NCBI GenBank assembly: GCA_963746965.1
Contig: CAVVDH010000001.1
Coordinates: forward strand, 195,269 to 259,268
Source of the DNA: an uncultured Actinomycetes bacterium
GTDB lineage: Bacteria > Actinomycetota > Thermoleophilia > Gaiellales > Gaiellaceae
Reading direction: 5' to 3'
DNA: 64,000 nt
Below, in pieces: positions 36,778 to 45,033 of the stretch. The stretch's first letter is position 1, and the number at the start of each line of letters is the position of its first letter. Under the pieces are notes generated by a model. It worked only from the letters and a program-made list of their open reading frames with translations, searched no databases and was not told the origin of the DNA. The position numbers and the translations under genes are program-made.

Positions 36778-38610
36778 GTGCGGGCGCGCCCCACGGTCGC
36801 GACGACACTCGCGCTCGTCGTCCTGGCAACCGCCTCGGCCGTGCTGCGCGCGCTCGTGGCCGGCTGGGTCCACGGCCCCTGGGTCTTCCTGGACTCGCTC
36901 GGCTACGAGCGGATGGCGCAGAGCTTCGCCCACACGGGCCACTTCTCCCTCTTCGGCAAGGGCGGCCTCGCCTACTCCCCGCTCTACCCGATCGTGCTCT
37001 CGCCGGTCTATGCGCTGACGTCGTCCGCCCACGCGGCCTACGAGTGGGCGAAGGTCGAGAACGCGGTGCTCATCTCGCTCTCGGTCTTCCCGGTCTACGC
37101 GATCGGCCGCACCGTGCTTCGCCGCGACCGGGCGCTGGGCGTTGCCGCGCTGTCTCTGGTCGCGCCGCTGATGCTCTACAGCAACTTCGAGATGAGCGAG
37201 AGCCTCGCCTATCCGCTCTGCCTCGTCGCGATCTGGGCGATGCTCCGGGCCGTCCGCCGGCCGGGTATCGGGAGCGATGCGATCCTGCTCGGTGCGATCG
37301 CTCTCGCCTCCGTGGCGCGCCTCCAGCTGGTCGCGCTCGTGCCGGCCGCCCTCACGGCCGTCCTGCTCGTCGCGGCCCTCGGGCAGGAGCCGCCCGGAGG
37401 GCGCGCCCGCGCGGTCCTCCGGGCGATCTCGGGCCACCGGCTCCTGTTCGGCGCCGCCGCCGCCGCCCTCCTCGCGGCGCTTCTCCGCAGGGCGATGAAC
37501 GGCGGAGACCTGCCGCTCGCCGGCCGCTACTCGAACTTCGGCACGGTGCACGCGAGCCCCCTGCGGGTACTCGAGCTCTTCTTCCAGCACCTGGCCGGGC
37601 TGGACTTCGCGGTCGGCGTGATCCCGTTCGCCGCGGCGCTGCTCGCGGGCTACGCACTCGTCCGCTTCGGCCTCCCGCGCGGCCCGCTCGTCTTCGCCTC
37701 GGTCGCGCTCGCCACGACGTTCTGGATCCTGCTCGTGGTTGCCTTCGCCGCCGCGGAGTTCGACGCGACGAGCCTCAGCCCACAGCCCGGATCGGGCGTG
37801 ACCGACCTGCCCCGGATCCACGAGCGGTACCTCATCTACCTCGTACCGCTCTTCCTGGTCGCGCTCGGAGCGGCGCTCCCGCTGCTCCGCGGGCGGATTC
37901 CGCTGCGCCGGCACCTCGCGATCGCGGCGGTCGCGGCGGCGCTGCCGGCGGCGATTCCGTTCGGAACCGTCATCAACGACACGAACGGGGTCGACTCCTT
38001 CTCGCTCCAGATCTTCGCCAGGGAGCTGCCGGCGACGGTCGTGCCCATCCAGCACGCGACGTTCCTCGTCCTCGCCCTCTCGGCCCTCGCCGCGTTCGTC
38101 TACCTCTGCGCCGTCTATCAACCGCTGCCGCTGCTGACGGTGGCGGCGACCGCCGCCGCGTTCGTCGGCCTTTCGGCCGTGGAGCTCGGACGCCAGGCGA
38201 AGCGGATCCGCCCGGCTGCCCTCGGATTGCCCGCCCACGCGAACTGGGTCGATCGCGCCGTGGGCGCTCACGGCGACGTCGCGCTCGTCGGCGGCGCCGG
38301 GGTGCGCCGGGTGGCGCTCGAGGAGACCGCGTTCGCCAACCTCTCGATCACCCGCGTCTACCGCACCTGCACCGTCGTCTTCGGCTCGGACTTCGGCGAG
38401 CAGCCGCTTACCCTCGACCACGCGAGCGGCGTTCTCCGCACCGCCTCAGGGGCGCTCCGAACGCGCTATGCCGTCGTGCCGGCCGCGTTCCACCTGCCCG
38501 GTCGGGTGGTCGCGCGCGATCCGGCGGGAAAGCTCGTCCTCCTCGCCCCGTCGCAGGGGACGCTGGTGGTGCCGCCCGGCAGGCGCTCGCTCGTCGGCTG
38601 CGCCGGCTGA
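36778..38610 (+). CDS. GT-C fold glycosyltransferase (ArnT/PMT_2-like, lipid-linked-sugar dependent)
   Basis: 610 aa with about 12 TM helices. First extracytoplasmic loop FLDSLGYERMAQSF; YSPLYP; ~130-aa C-terminal soluble domain. Confidence 0.7.
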   Translation: MRARPTVATTLALVVLATASAVLRALVAGWVHGPWVFLDSLGYERMAQSFAHTGHFSLFGKGGLAYSPLYPIVLSPVYALTSSAHAAYEWAKVENAVLISLSVFPVYAIGRTVLRRDRALGVAALSLVAPLMLYSNFEMSESLAYPLCLVAIWAMLRAVRRPGIGSDAILLGAIALASVARLQLVALVPAALTAVLLVAALGQEPPGGRARAVLRAISGHRLLFGAAAAALLAALLRRAMNGGDLPLAGRYSNFGTVHASPLRVLELFFQHLAGLDFAVGVIPFAAALLAGYALVRFGLPRGPLVFASVALATTFWILLVVAFAAAEFDATSLSPQPGSGVTDLPRIHERYLIYLVPLFLVALGAALPLLRGRIPLRRHLAIAAVAAALPAAIPFGTVINDTNGVDSFSLQIFARELPATVVPIQHATFLVLALSALAAFVYLCAVYQPLPLLTVAATAAAFVGLSAVELGRQAKRIRPAALGLPAHANWVDRAVGAHGDVALVGGAGVRRVALEETAFANLSITRVYRTCTVVFGSDFGEQPLTLDHASGVLRTASGALRTRYAVVPAAFHLPGRVVARDPAGKLVLLAPSQGTLVVPPGRRSLVGCAG

Positions 38611-38622
38611 AGCCCGGAAGCT

Positions 38623-39801
38623 CTAGCGCCGGGCGCGTCCGCCGCGCCGCAGGCCGACCAGCGAGAGGAGGAACGACGTGAAGAAGACCTGCACGCCGAC
38701 GATGATGAGCGTCACGGCGAGGATCGACAGCGGCGCCTCCGACACGGTGTCGAGACCGCCGGCGAGCCGCCGGTCCGCGGCGAGCACGCCGAGGCCGAAC
38801 CCGGTCGCGATCAGGCCGAAGCCGAGCAGGAGCCCGTGCTCCATGCGGAAGCGCCGCACCATCCCTTCCAGCCACGGATCGCGGTCGCCGAGCTGGTAGA
38901 CGGCATAGGCGCGGCCGCAGAGGCCGAAGCCGACGAGCTGCGTCCCGACCACGACGAGCAGGGAGCCGCCGATCGAATGCACGAAGAACAGGTGCCCGAA
39001 GAACGCAGCGTGCGCGAAGACGAGCGCCATCAGGAGCACTCCCAACGCGGTGAACACGACGCCGGGAACCAGGAAGAGGAAATTCGGGTCGTAGACGAGC
39101 ATCAGGCGCAGCGAACGCCAGCCGTCCCTGAACGGCGAGAGCTTCGACTGCCCCTCCCGCGGATGAAGCGCGATCGGCAGCTCGCGGATCTCGAGGCCGC
39201 TCCGGGCGGCCCGGATCACCATCTCCGAGGCGAGCTCCATTCCGGTCGCCTGCAGACCGAGAGCCGGAAGGACGTCGCGCCGGAAGGCCCGGAGCCCGCA
39301 CCACGTGTCCCGGACCGGAGTCCGGAAGAGCAGGTTGAGGAAGCGGGACATCAACGGGTTGCCGATCCGGCTCAGAATCGGCATCGCGCCCGGTTGGACC
39401 GCGCCCATGCGGTTTCCCATCACGAGCTCCGCCCCGCCCTCGAGCTCGCGGACGAAGCGGGGGATCTCGCCGAAGTCGTACGTGAGGTCGGCGTCGATCA
39501 TCACGATGTAGTCGCCACGGGCTGCGGCGAAGCCTGCGAGGTAGGCGCTGCCGTAGCCGCGCCTCGACTCCTCGACGATCCGCGCGCCGGCGAGCAGCGC
39601 GAGCGTGCCGCTGCCGTCGTCCGAGCCGTTGTCGACCACCACGACCTCACCGTCGATCGAGTGCTCGTCGAGAACGCGGCGTGCCTCGGCGACGCACTGC
39701 CCGATGCTGTCCGCCTCGTTCAGGCACGGGATGACGATCGACACCGAAACGGTGTCGGGAGCGACTTCCGTGCGGCGCTCTGCGAGAACGTTGACCGCCA
39801 C
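38623..39801 (-). CDS. Membrane-anchored GT2, polyprenol-phosphate sugar synthase type (GtrB/Ppm1/ArnC-like)
   Basis: 392 aa. VSIVIPCLNEADSI, VVVVDNGSDDGS, IVMIDADLTYD, followed by 4 C-terminal TM helices. Confidence 0.8.
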   Translation of the reverse strand: MAVNVLAERRTEVAPDTVSVSIVIPCLNEADSIGQCVAEARRVLDEHSIDGEVVVVDNGSDDGSGTLALLAGARIVEESRRGYGSAYLAGFAAARGDYIVMIDADLTYDFGEIPRFVRELEGGAELVMGNRMGAVQPGAMPILSRIGNPLMSRFLNLLFRTPVRDTWCGLRAFRRDVLPALGLQATGMELASEMVIRAARSGLEIRELPIALHPREGQSKLSPFRDGWRSLRLMLVYDPNFLFLVPGVVFTALGVLLMALVFAHAAFFGHLFFVHSIGGSLLVVVGTQLVGFGLCGRAYAVYQLGDRDPWLEGMVRRFRMEHGLLLGFGLIATGFGLGVLAADRRLAGGLDTVSEAPLSILAVTLIIVGVQVFFTSFLLSLVGLRRGGRARR

Positions 39802-39952
39802 ACGCGAGACTTAACTCTCCTGGCGCTCTGCCACACCAGCCGCACGGCTGAGGTCGTCCCCCGGGAAGTCTGGGGCGACCCTTCGTGCCACGATGGACGA
39901 GAGGACGGCCAAAACCCGACCACCGGTGGTGTAGGCGGCCTTGCCGACGGCC

Positions 39953-39958
39953 GATACT
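39953..39958 (+). promoter_or_regulatory. -10-like hexamer GATACT, 9 nt upstream of ATG 39968
   Basis: ggccGATACTggaacgaccATGgtg. Confidence 0.3.
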
Positions 39959-39967
39959 GGAACGACC

Positions 39968-41056
39968 ATGGTGGGGTCGTTGTCCAGGTCGCCGTTGATC
40001 CGCGTGCTCGAGTTCCTCTTCCTCGGGGCGCTGCCGCTGTTCATCGTGGCCGGAACCGCCAGGGCCGCGATCCGCGCGCACGACCTGGCATACGACTTCG
40101 ACCGGGCCTACGCGCCCGCGATCCACCACGTGCTCCACGGGGCCTCGCCCTACGGGCCCTCGACGACGGCCGCGCTCGGCTCGCAGACCGCGTTCGTCTA
40201 CCCGCCGCTCGGCGCCTTCCTCGGAGCGCCGCTGGCAGCACTCCCCACGCAGACGGCGGACATCCTCGTCACGGTGCTCGCGACGCTCGCCGTGCCGGCC
40301 CTGCTCTTGCTCGTCGGCATCCGGGACTGGCGCTGCATCGGCGCGGCGCTCCTCTGGATGCCCACCGCCTCGGCGATCCACCTCGGCACCGTGAGCGTGC
40401 CGATGGCGCTCGGGGTCGCGCTGCTCTGGCGGTGGAGGGATCGTCCGCTGCGCGCCGGCCTCGTCCTCGGGCTGGTGATCGCGCTCAAGCTCTTCCTCTG
40501 GCCGCTCCTCGTCTGGCTTGCGATCACGAAGCGCTTCCGGGCGGCGACGGCGGCGACCGTTTCCACGATCGCCTTCGTGCTCGTCCCCTGGATTCCGATC
40601 AGGGGGGCCGGCCTGCTCGACTATCCGCATCGCCTGAGCGTCCTCACCTCGCTCGAGGCGCACCGGGGGTTCTCTCCCGCGGCCCTGCTCGCACACCTCG
40701 GCCTCGGCTGGGGAGCGGCCGAAGCAGTCGGCTACGGGCTGGGGATCCTCGTGCTCGTGTGGGCGTACCGCCGGCGAGACCAGGAGGAGAGCTCGTTCGG
40801 GCTCGCCTGCGCGGCGACGCTCCTCCTGACGCCGATTCTCTGGCCGAACTATCTCGTGATCATGCTCGTGCCGCTCGCGCTGCGGCGTCCGCGGCTCGGC
40901 GTCGTCTGGCTCCTGCCCGCGCTCCTCTTCGACCAGGCGGCCTTCAACCCGCCGGCGTGGGAGATCGCCGTCTTCCTCGCCACCCTCGCGGTGGTGGCGG
41001 CGACGGCGAGCGGCCCTGCGTTGCGGAGGCGGCATCCGCAGCCGGTGCTTGCGTGA
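39968..41056 (+). CDS. GT87 / DUF2029-family membrane glycosyltransferase, paralogue 3
   Basis: ATG 39968 (the track uses TTG 39941). DFDRAYAPAIHHVLHGASPYG, AFVYPPLGAFLGAP, VGIRDWRC, WRWRDRP, KLFLWPLLVWLA. Confidence 0.8.
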   Translation: MVGSLSRSPLIRVLEFLFLGALPLFIVAGTARAAIRAHDLAYDFDRAYAPAIHHVLHGASPYGPSTTAALGSQTAFVYPPLGAFLGAPLAALPTQTADILVTVLATLAVPALLLLVGIRDWRCIGAALLWMPTASAIHLGTVSVPMALGVALLWRWRDRPLRAGLVLGLVIALKLFLWPLLVWLAITKRFRAATAATVSTIAFVLVPWIPIRGAGLLDYPHRLSVLTSLEAHRGFSPAALLAHLGLGWGAAEAVGYGLGILVLVWAYRRRDQEESSFGLACAATLLLTPILWPNYLVIMLVPLALRRPRLGVVWLLPALLFDQAAFNPPAWEIAVFLATLAVVAATASGPALRRRHPQPVLA

Positions 41057-42545
41057 GGTGCCCGTGAGCACGCAGCAGGAGGCGGTCGCCGCGCCGAGGC
41101 CCGACGTCGGCCGCCGCGGCGTGGCGACACGCGTCTCGGAAGGGCTCGAGGAGAACGGCCTCGTCGTCGTGGGCGTCGCGGCGTTCGCGATCGTCCTGAT
41201 CACGCATCTCCGCACGGCTCTCGCCGCCGACGGCTGGATGGCGCTGCTCTCGGGACGCGTCGTCGCCCACCACGGGCTCCCCTCGCACGACACGCTGACC
41301 GTCTGGGCGCACGGCCGTGACTGGGTCGACCAGCAGTGGCTCGCGCAGCTCGTCCTCTACGGCCTCGACCGGCTCGGCGGCCTCCCGCTCGTCCTGCTCG
41401 TGCACGCCTTCCTCGTGAGCGGTGCTCTCGCCGGCGCCGCTGCGGTGGCCCGGCGTCTCGGCGGCTCGCCGCGCTCCACGACCTGGGTCGTCCTGCCCGT
41501 GCTCATCGCGTTCTGGCCGGAAGCCTCGATCATGCGGCCGCAGTCCTTCGCCTACCTGCTGTTCGTGGGGGTGCTCTGGCTCCTGCTGGACGAGCCCCGC
41601 GAGCGCAGCCGCCGTGTCTACCTCGTGCTGCCGCTCCTCGTGCTCTGGGCCAACCTCCACGGCTCGGTCGTCGTCGGCGCCGCGCTCGTCTCGGGCTTCG
41701 GACTGGTCGAGGCCGCCGTGGCGCTCCGCGCGCGCCCGCGAGCCGTCGGCGCACGCGCGCTCGTGCTGCTCGCGGCGCCGTGGCTGTGCGTGCTCGCCTC
41801 TCCGTATGCGACCTCGCTACCGCACTACTACCGGTCGATCTTCTCGAGCGGGTTCGGGAGCTACGTCACCGAGTGGGCGCCGACGACCCTGAACGTCGGC
41901 CATGCGCCCGTGTACCTCCTCGCGCTCGGCGGCTTCTGGCTGTTCGGACGCACCGGCGGCCGGGCCTCCTGGTTCGAGAAGCTCGCCTTCGCCGGTCTGA
42001 CGCTGCTCGCGTTCGACGCGGTGAGGAATGCCGTGTGGCTGGGGCTCTTCTCGCTCGTCGTCCTGCCGCGGCTGCTCGACGAGCTCCGCGCTCCCGCCGT
42101 CGAGCCGAAGCGTCTGAACCGGCTCCTCGCGCTGGCGATGCTCGCCCTCGTGGGTGTCGCGACGCTCGGCGTCGCCTTCGAGCCGGAGTCGTGGTTCACG
42201 CAGAGCTATCCGGCCGCTGCTGGGAACGCCGCCGTGAAGGCCGCCGGTGCGCACGGCCGCGTGTTCGCGAACGAGCGCTACGCCGACTGGCTCGTCTTCG
42301 AGCACCCCGAGCTCGCGGGCCGGATCGCCTACGACTCGCGGTTCGAGCTGCTGACCGCTCACCAGCTCCGGTCGGTGACGGCATTCCGCAACCGGATCGC
42401 CGGCTGGCAGGGGACCGTGAGCGGCTACCCGGCTCTCGTCCTCGACCGCGTCGACGACGCCCAGCCGCTCGGGACGCTCGTCAGGACGAGACGAGCGCGC
42501 GTCGTGACTCGGCGGGGCCCGGTCGTCGTCCTGCGGCAGCGCTAG
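41049..42545 (+). CDS. Uncharacterised polytopic membrane protein (GT-C-like topology) coupled to GT87 paralogue 3
   Basis: 498 aa with about 10 TM helices and a ~130-aa soluble C-terminus. Motifs DWVDQQWLAQL, RPQSFAYLLF, LWANLHGS. The start overlaps the upstream stop. Confidence 0.6.
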   Translation: MREVPVSTQQEAVAAPRPDVGRRGVATRVSEGLEENGLVVVGVAAFAIVLITHLRTALAADGWMALLSGRVVAHHGLPSHDTLTVWAHGRDWVDQQWLAQLVLYGLDRLGGLPLVLLVHAFLVSGALAGAAAVARRLGGSPRSTTWVVLPVLIAFWPEASIMRPQSFAYLLFVGVLWLLLDEPRERSRRVYLVLPLLVLWANLHGSVVVGAALVSGFGLVEAAVALRARPRAVGARALVLLAAPWLCVLASPYATSLPHYYRSIFSSGFGSYVTEWAPTTLNVGHAPVYLLALGGFWLFGRTGGRASWFEKLAFAGLTLLAFDAVRNAVWLGLFSLVVLPRLLDELRAPAVEPKRLNRLLALAMLALVGVATLGVAFEPESWFTQSYPAAAGNAAVKAAGAHGRVFANERYADWLVFEHPELAGRIAYDSRFELLTAHQLRSVTAFRNRIAGWQGTVSGYPALVLDRVDDAQPLGTLVRTRRARVVTRRGPVVVLRQR

Positions 42546-43617
42546 GCGCCGGAACGACCGTCCGCCAGACGACGAAGGCGGCGGCGGCGAGCACGAGGCA
42601 CGTCCGCCAGACACTGCCGTTCGAGTGCGCGAGCGGCGTGACCCAGAAGACGAGCGGCGCGAACCAGATCGCCGAGAGGCGAGGCCTGGCCAGAGCGATC
42701 GGCACGAGCAGCAGGACGAGATAGTGGAGCCACAGCACCGGCGTGGCGAGCAGCGTGCCGGCGATCGCGATCCCGAGGGCCCGCCGGTCGCCGTCCGGAC
42801 CACGGGCGGCCACGACGACCGCGGCGATCACCGCCAGTCCGAGGACGGCCCCCAGGGCGGTCGCGGCGCCGCCGTGGACGCGCAGCAGCCCCGTGAGCGA
42901 GTAGCTCTGCACGGCCTCCACCTGCGAGAGGAGTCGCAGCAGGTGCGGATAGGAGCCCAGCCCGGCGAAGCCGATCACGGCCCAGCCGCCGACGAGCAGG
43001 ACCACGGCTGCGGCAGCGGCCGTCGCGGCCGCCCGCAGGCGGCGGGTGGCCAGGAGCCAGACGAAGAGCGGCCAGGCGAAGAGCTTGGCGACCGCGGTGG
43101 CGGCCGTGGAGACCGCGGCGACGTAGGGGCGATCGCGGTAACGCCACGCGACCGCCACGCCGAGGAGCAGCATCGAGCTGATGGTGCCCAGGGTCACCGA
43201 GTCGAGCACCGGCGCCGTCAGGAGCGCGAGCCCGTAGCAGCGCCAGTCGCGCACGCCGAGCAGCCGCAGCGCCAGGGGCACGCACCCGAGCGCGAGCAGG
43301 AAGAAGAGCACCTTTCCCGCCACGAGAGGGAGTGCTGCGAGCGGGGCGAGGAGCACAGCGGTGATCGGCGGATAGACGAACTGGTCGTCGTGCGCCAGCG
43401 CCGCGAGGTTCGCCACCGGGTACGGCGAGCGGCCGTGCACGACCGCGTGGGATGCCGTGCGGAAGATCTGCCAGTCGAGGAGCGAGCGGCTGAGGTGCAG
43501 GTCGGCCGCCAGGACGATCCCGAACAGGATCACGGGCACCCAGAGGAACACCGCGAGCTCCCACGGCTGGCCCAACGCGCGCATCGAGACGGCGATTCGC
43601 TCGCCGGCAGCCTTCAT
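42481..43617 (-). CDS. GT87 / DUF2029-family membrane glycosyltransferase, paralogue 4
   Basis: 378 aa. DWQIFRTASHAVVHGRSPY, QFVYPPITAVLLAP, LGVRDWRC, WRYRDRP, KLFAWPLFVWLL. Its 3' end overlaps the convergent gene by 65 nt. Confidence 0.8.
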   Translation of the reverse strand: MKAAGERIAVSMRALGQPWELAVFLWVPVILFGIVLAADLHLSRSLLDWQIFRTASHAVVHGRSPYPVANLAALAHDDQFVYPPITAVLLAPLAALPLVAGKVLFFLLALGCVPLALRLLGVRDWRCYGLALLTAPVLDSVTLGTISSMLLLGVAVAWRYRDRPYVAAVSTAATAVAKLFAWPLFVWLLATRRLRAAATAAAAAVVLLVGGWAVIGFAGLGSYPHLLRLLSQVEAVQSYSLTGLLRVHGGAATALGAVLGLAVIAAVVVAARGPDGDRRALGIAIAGTLLATPVLWLHYLVLLLVPIALARPRLSAIWFAPLVFWVTPLAHSNGSVWRTCLVLAAAAFVVWRTVVPAPSAAAGRRPGPAESRRALVSS

Positions 43618-43828
43618 CCCCCCTATTGAAGTCGAAGATCGCCCGTGCCACCATGTCGGAAGGCCCAGGTCGGAACCGGACTTCAGGAGAAAGGCGCAGC
43701 TCGCCTTGGCACCACGCCCGCCTCAGGCCGCGAACCACCGGATGTGCTTCGACCGAAGGACGGGTTCAACCCACCCTTCCCGCAGGAGACGCAGCCCTCG
43801 AAACGGGCTATTACCTCCATCGACAGGC

Positions 43829-43877
43829 GGTATCTCGCGATGCCCGAGATGCCGGAAGCGCAGGGCGCCGACCCTGC
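43829..43877 (+). promoter_or_regulatory. Conserved two-hairpin leader element upstream of flp-1
   Basis: GGTATCTCG/CGAGATGCC (43829-43853) and GCAGGG/CCCTGC (43860-43877). The same two stems recur before flp-2 and flp-3. Confidence 0.45.
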
Positions 43878-43927
43878 AAGGCGAGGGGACGACGGCCAAG
43901 CCGACGCCCTTCAGAAGGAGGACACAG

Positions 43928-44119
43928 GTGGAGATGATTCGTTCGCTCCCCATGCGGGCCTACCTCGCGGTTGCGGCCCTGCGGGATCGCGAGGAGGGAC
44001 AGGCGCTCGTCGAGTACGCGCTCCTGCTCTCGCTCATCGCGGTCGCCTCGATCGCAATCCTGACCACGCTCGGCAAGAACGTCTCGGGGATCTTCAGCAA
44101 GATCAACGTGGAGGTCTGA
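43928..44119 (+). CDS. flp: Flp/Fap-family type IVb prepilin, copy 1
   Basis: AAGGAGGA SD 5-6 nt before the GTG. VEMIRSLPMRAYLAVAALRDREEG|QALVEYALLLSLIAVASIAILTTLGKNVSGIFSKINVEV, carrying the Flp G/xxxxEY processing motif and a hydrophobic core. Confidence 0.9.
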   Translation: MEMIRSLPMRAYLAVAALRDREEGQALVEYALLLSLIAVASIAILTTLGKNVSGIFSKINVEV

Positions 44120-44219
44120 GGGCGACGTTCGAACCGCTCTTGGCCGAAGGACCGGGTGATCCCAGCCTTCTCGCAGGAGACGCTTCCGGCGAGCGGGTCT
44201 ATCACCTGCTACGACAAGC

Positions 44220-44267
44220 GGTATCTCGCAGGCGCGAGCTGCCGGAAGCGCAGGGCCCTAACCCTGC
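44220..44267 (+). promoter_or_regulatory. Conserved two-hairpin leader element upstream of flp-2
   Basis: GGTATCTCGC/GCGAGCTGCC (one mismatch, one G-U pair) and GCAGGG/CCCTGC. Confidence 0.45.
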
Positions 44268-44317
44268 ACTACGAAGGCACGACGGCGGAGCCGGCGGCTT
44301 TCAAAAGGAGGACACAG

Positions 44318-44509
44318 GTGGAGATGATTCGTTCGCTCCCCATGCGGGCCTACCTCGCGGTTGCGGCCCTGCGGGATCGCGAGGAGGGACAGGCGCTCGT
44401 CGAGTACGCGCTCCTGCTCTCGCTCATCGCGGTCGCCTCGATCGCAATCCTGACCACGCTCGGCCAGAACATCTCGGGGATCTTCAGCAAGGTCAACGTC
44501 GAGGTCTAA
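44318..44509 (+). CDS. flp: Flp/Fap-family prepilin, copy 2
   Basis: Same SD and leader peptide as copy 1. The mature C-terminus differs: ..LGQNISGIFSKVNVEV. Confidence 0.9.
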   Translation: MEMIRSLPMRAYLAVAALRDREEGQALVEYALLLSLIAVASIAILTTLGQNISGIFSKVNVEV

Positions 44510-44543
44510 GGCGCGAGCAGGACTATCACCTGCAGCGACAAGC

Positions 44544-44591
44544 GGCGTCTCGCGGGCGCGAGACGCCGGAAGCGCAGGGCCCCAACCCTGC
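44544..44591 (+). promoter_or_regulatory. Conserved two-hairpin leader element upstream of flp-3
   Basis: Perfect 10-bp stem GGCGTCTCGC/GCGAGACGCC with loop GGGC, then GCAGGG/CCCTGC. Confidence 0.45.
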
Positions 44592-44641
44592 ACTACGAAG
44601 GCACGCCGGCAGAGCCGGAGGCCTTCAGAAGGAGGACACAG

Positions 44642-44833
44642 GTGGAGATGATTCGTTCGCTCCCCATGCGGGCCTACCTCGCGGTTGCGGCCCTGCGGGA
44701 TCGCGAGGAGGGACAGGCGCTCGTCGAGTACGCGCTCCTGCTCTCGCTGATCGCGGTCGCCTCGATCGCCATCCTGACGACGCTCGGCAAGAACGTCTCG
44801 GGGATCTTCAGCCAGATCAACCAGGAGCTCTAG
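44642..44833 (+). CDS. flp: Flp/Fap-family prepilin, copy 3
   Basis: 63 aa in the ORF track. The mature C-terminus differs: ..LGKNVSGIFSQINQEL. Confidence 0.9.
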   Translation: MEMIRSLPMRAYLAVAALRDREEGQALVEYALLLSLIAVASIAILTTLGKNVSGIFSQINQEL

Positions 44834-45033
44834 GCAACAAACGGACGATGCACGGGGGGGCACTCTCACCTCGCTCGAGGATGAAGAGCCCCCTCGCCTC
44901 GTTCCGCCGTTCGTACCGCCTTGAGGAAAATGTGAAGCTGCAGTCGCCGCAACCGCCGCGCTGCGAAACCAACAGAGATTTTCCGGCGACTGCCTCGCAG
45001 CACTGAGGCGACAGGAATCAGGAGGAGGAAGCA

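Larger units (their letters stand above)
43809..44833 (+). repeat. Three tandem flp units (leader + gene); start-to-start spacing 390 and 324 nt
   Basis: GTG starts at 43928, 44318 and 44642. Coding regions are nearly identical, and the ~110 nt upstream of each are clearly homologous. Confidence 0.9.

Noticed and set aside
36550-38681. Two long ORFs (623 aa minus strand, 662 aa plus strand) over the GT-C gene
   Set aside because: Both are extremely Arg/Gly/Asp/Pro-rich. The third ORF (36778-38610) has a coherent pattern of about 12 TM helices. They are shadow frames.
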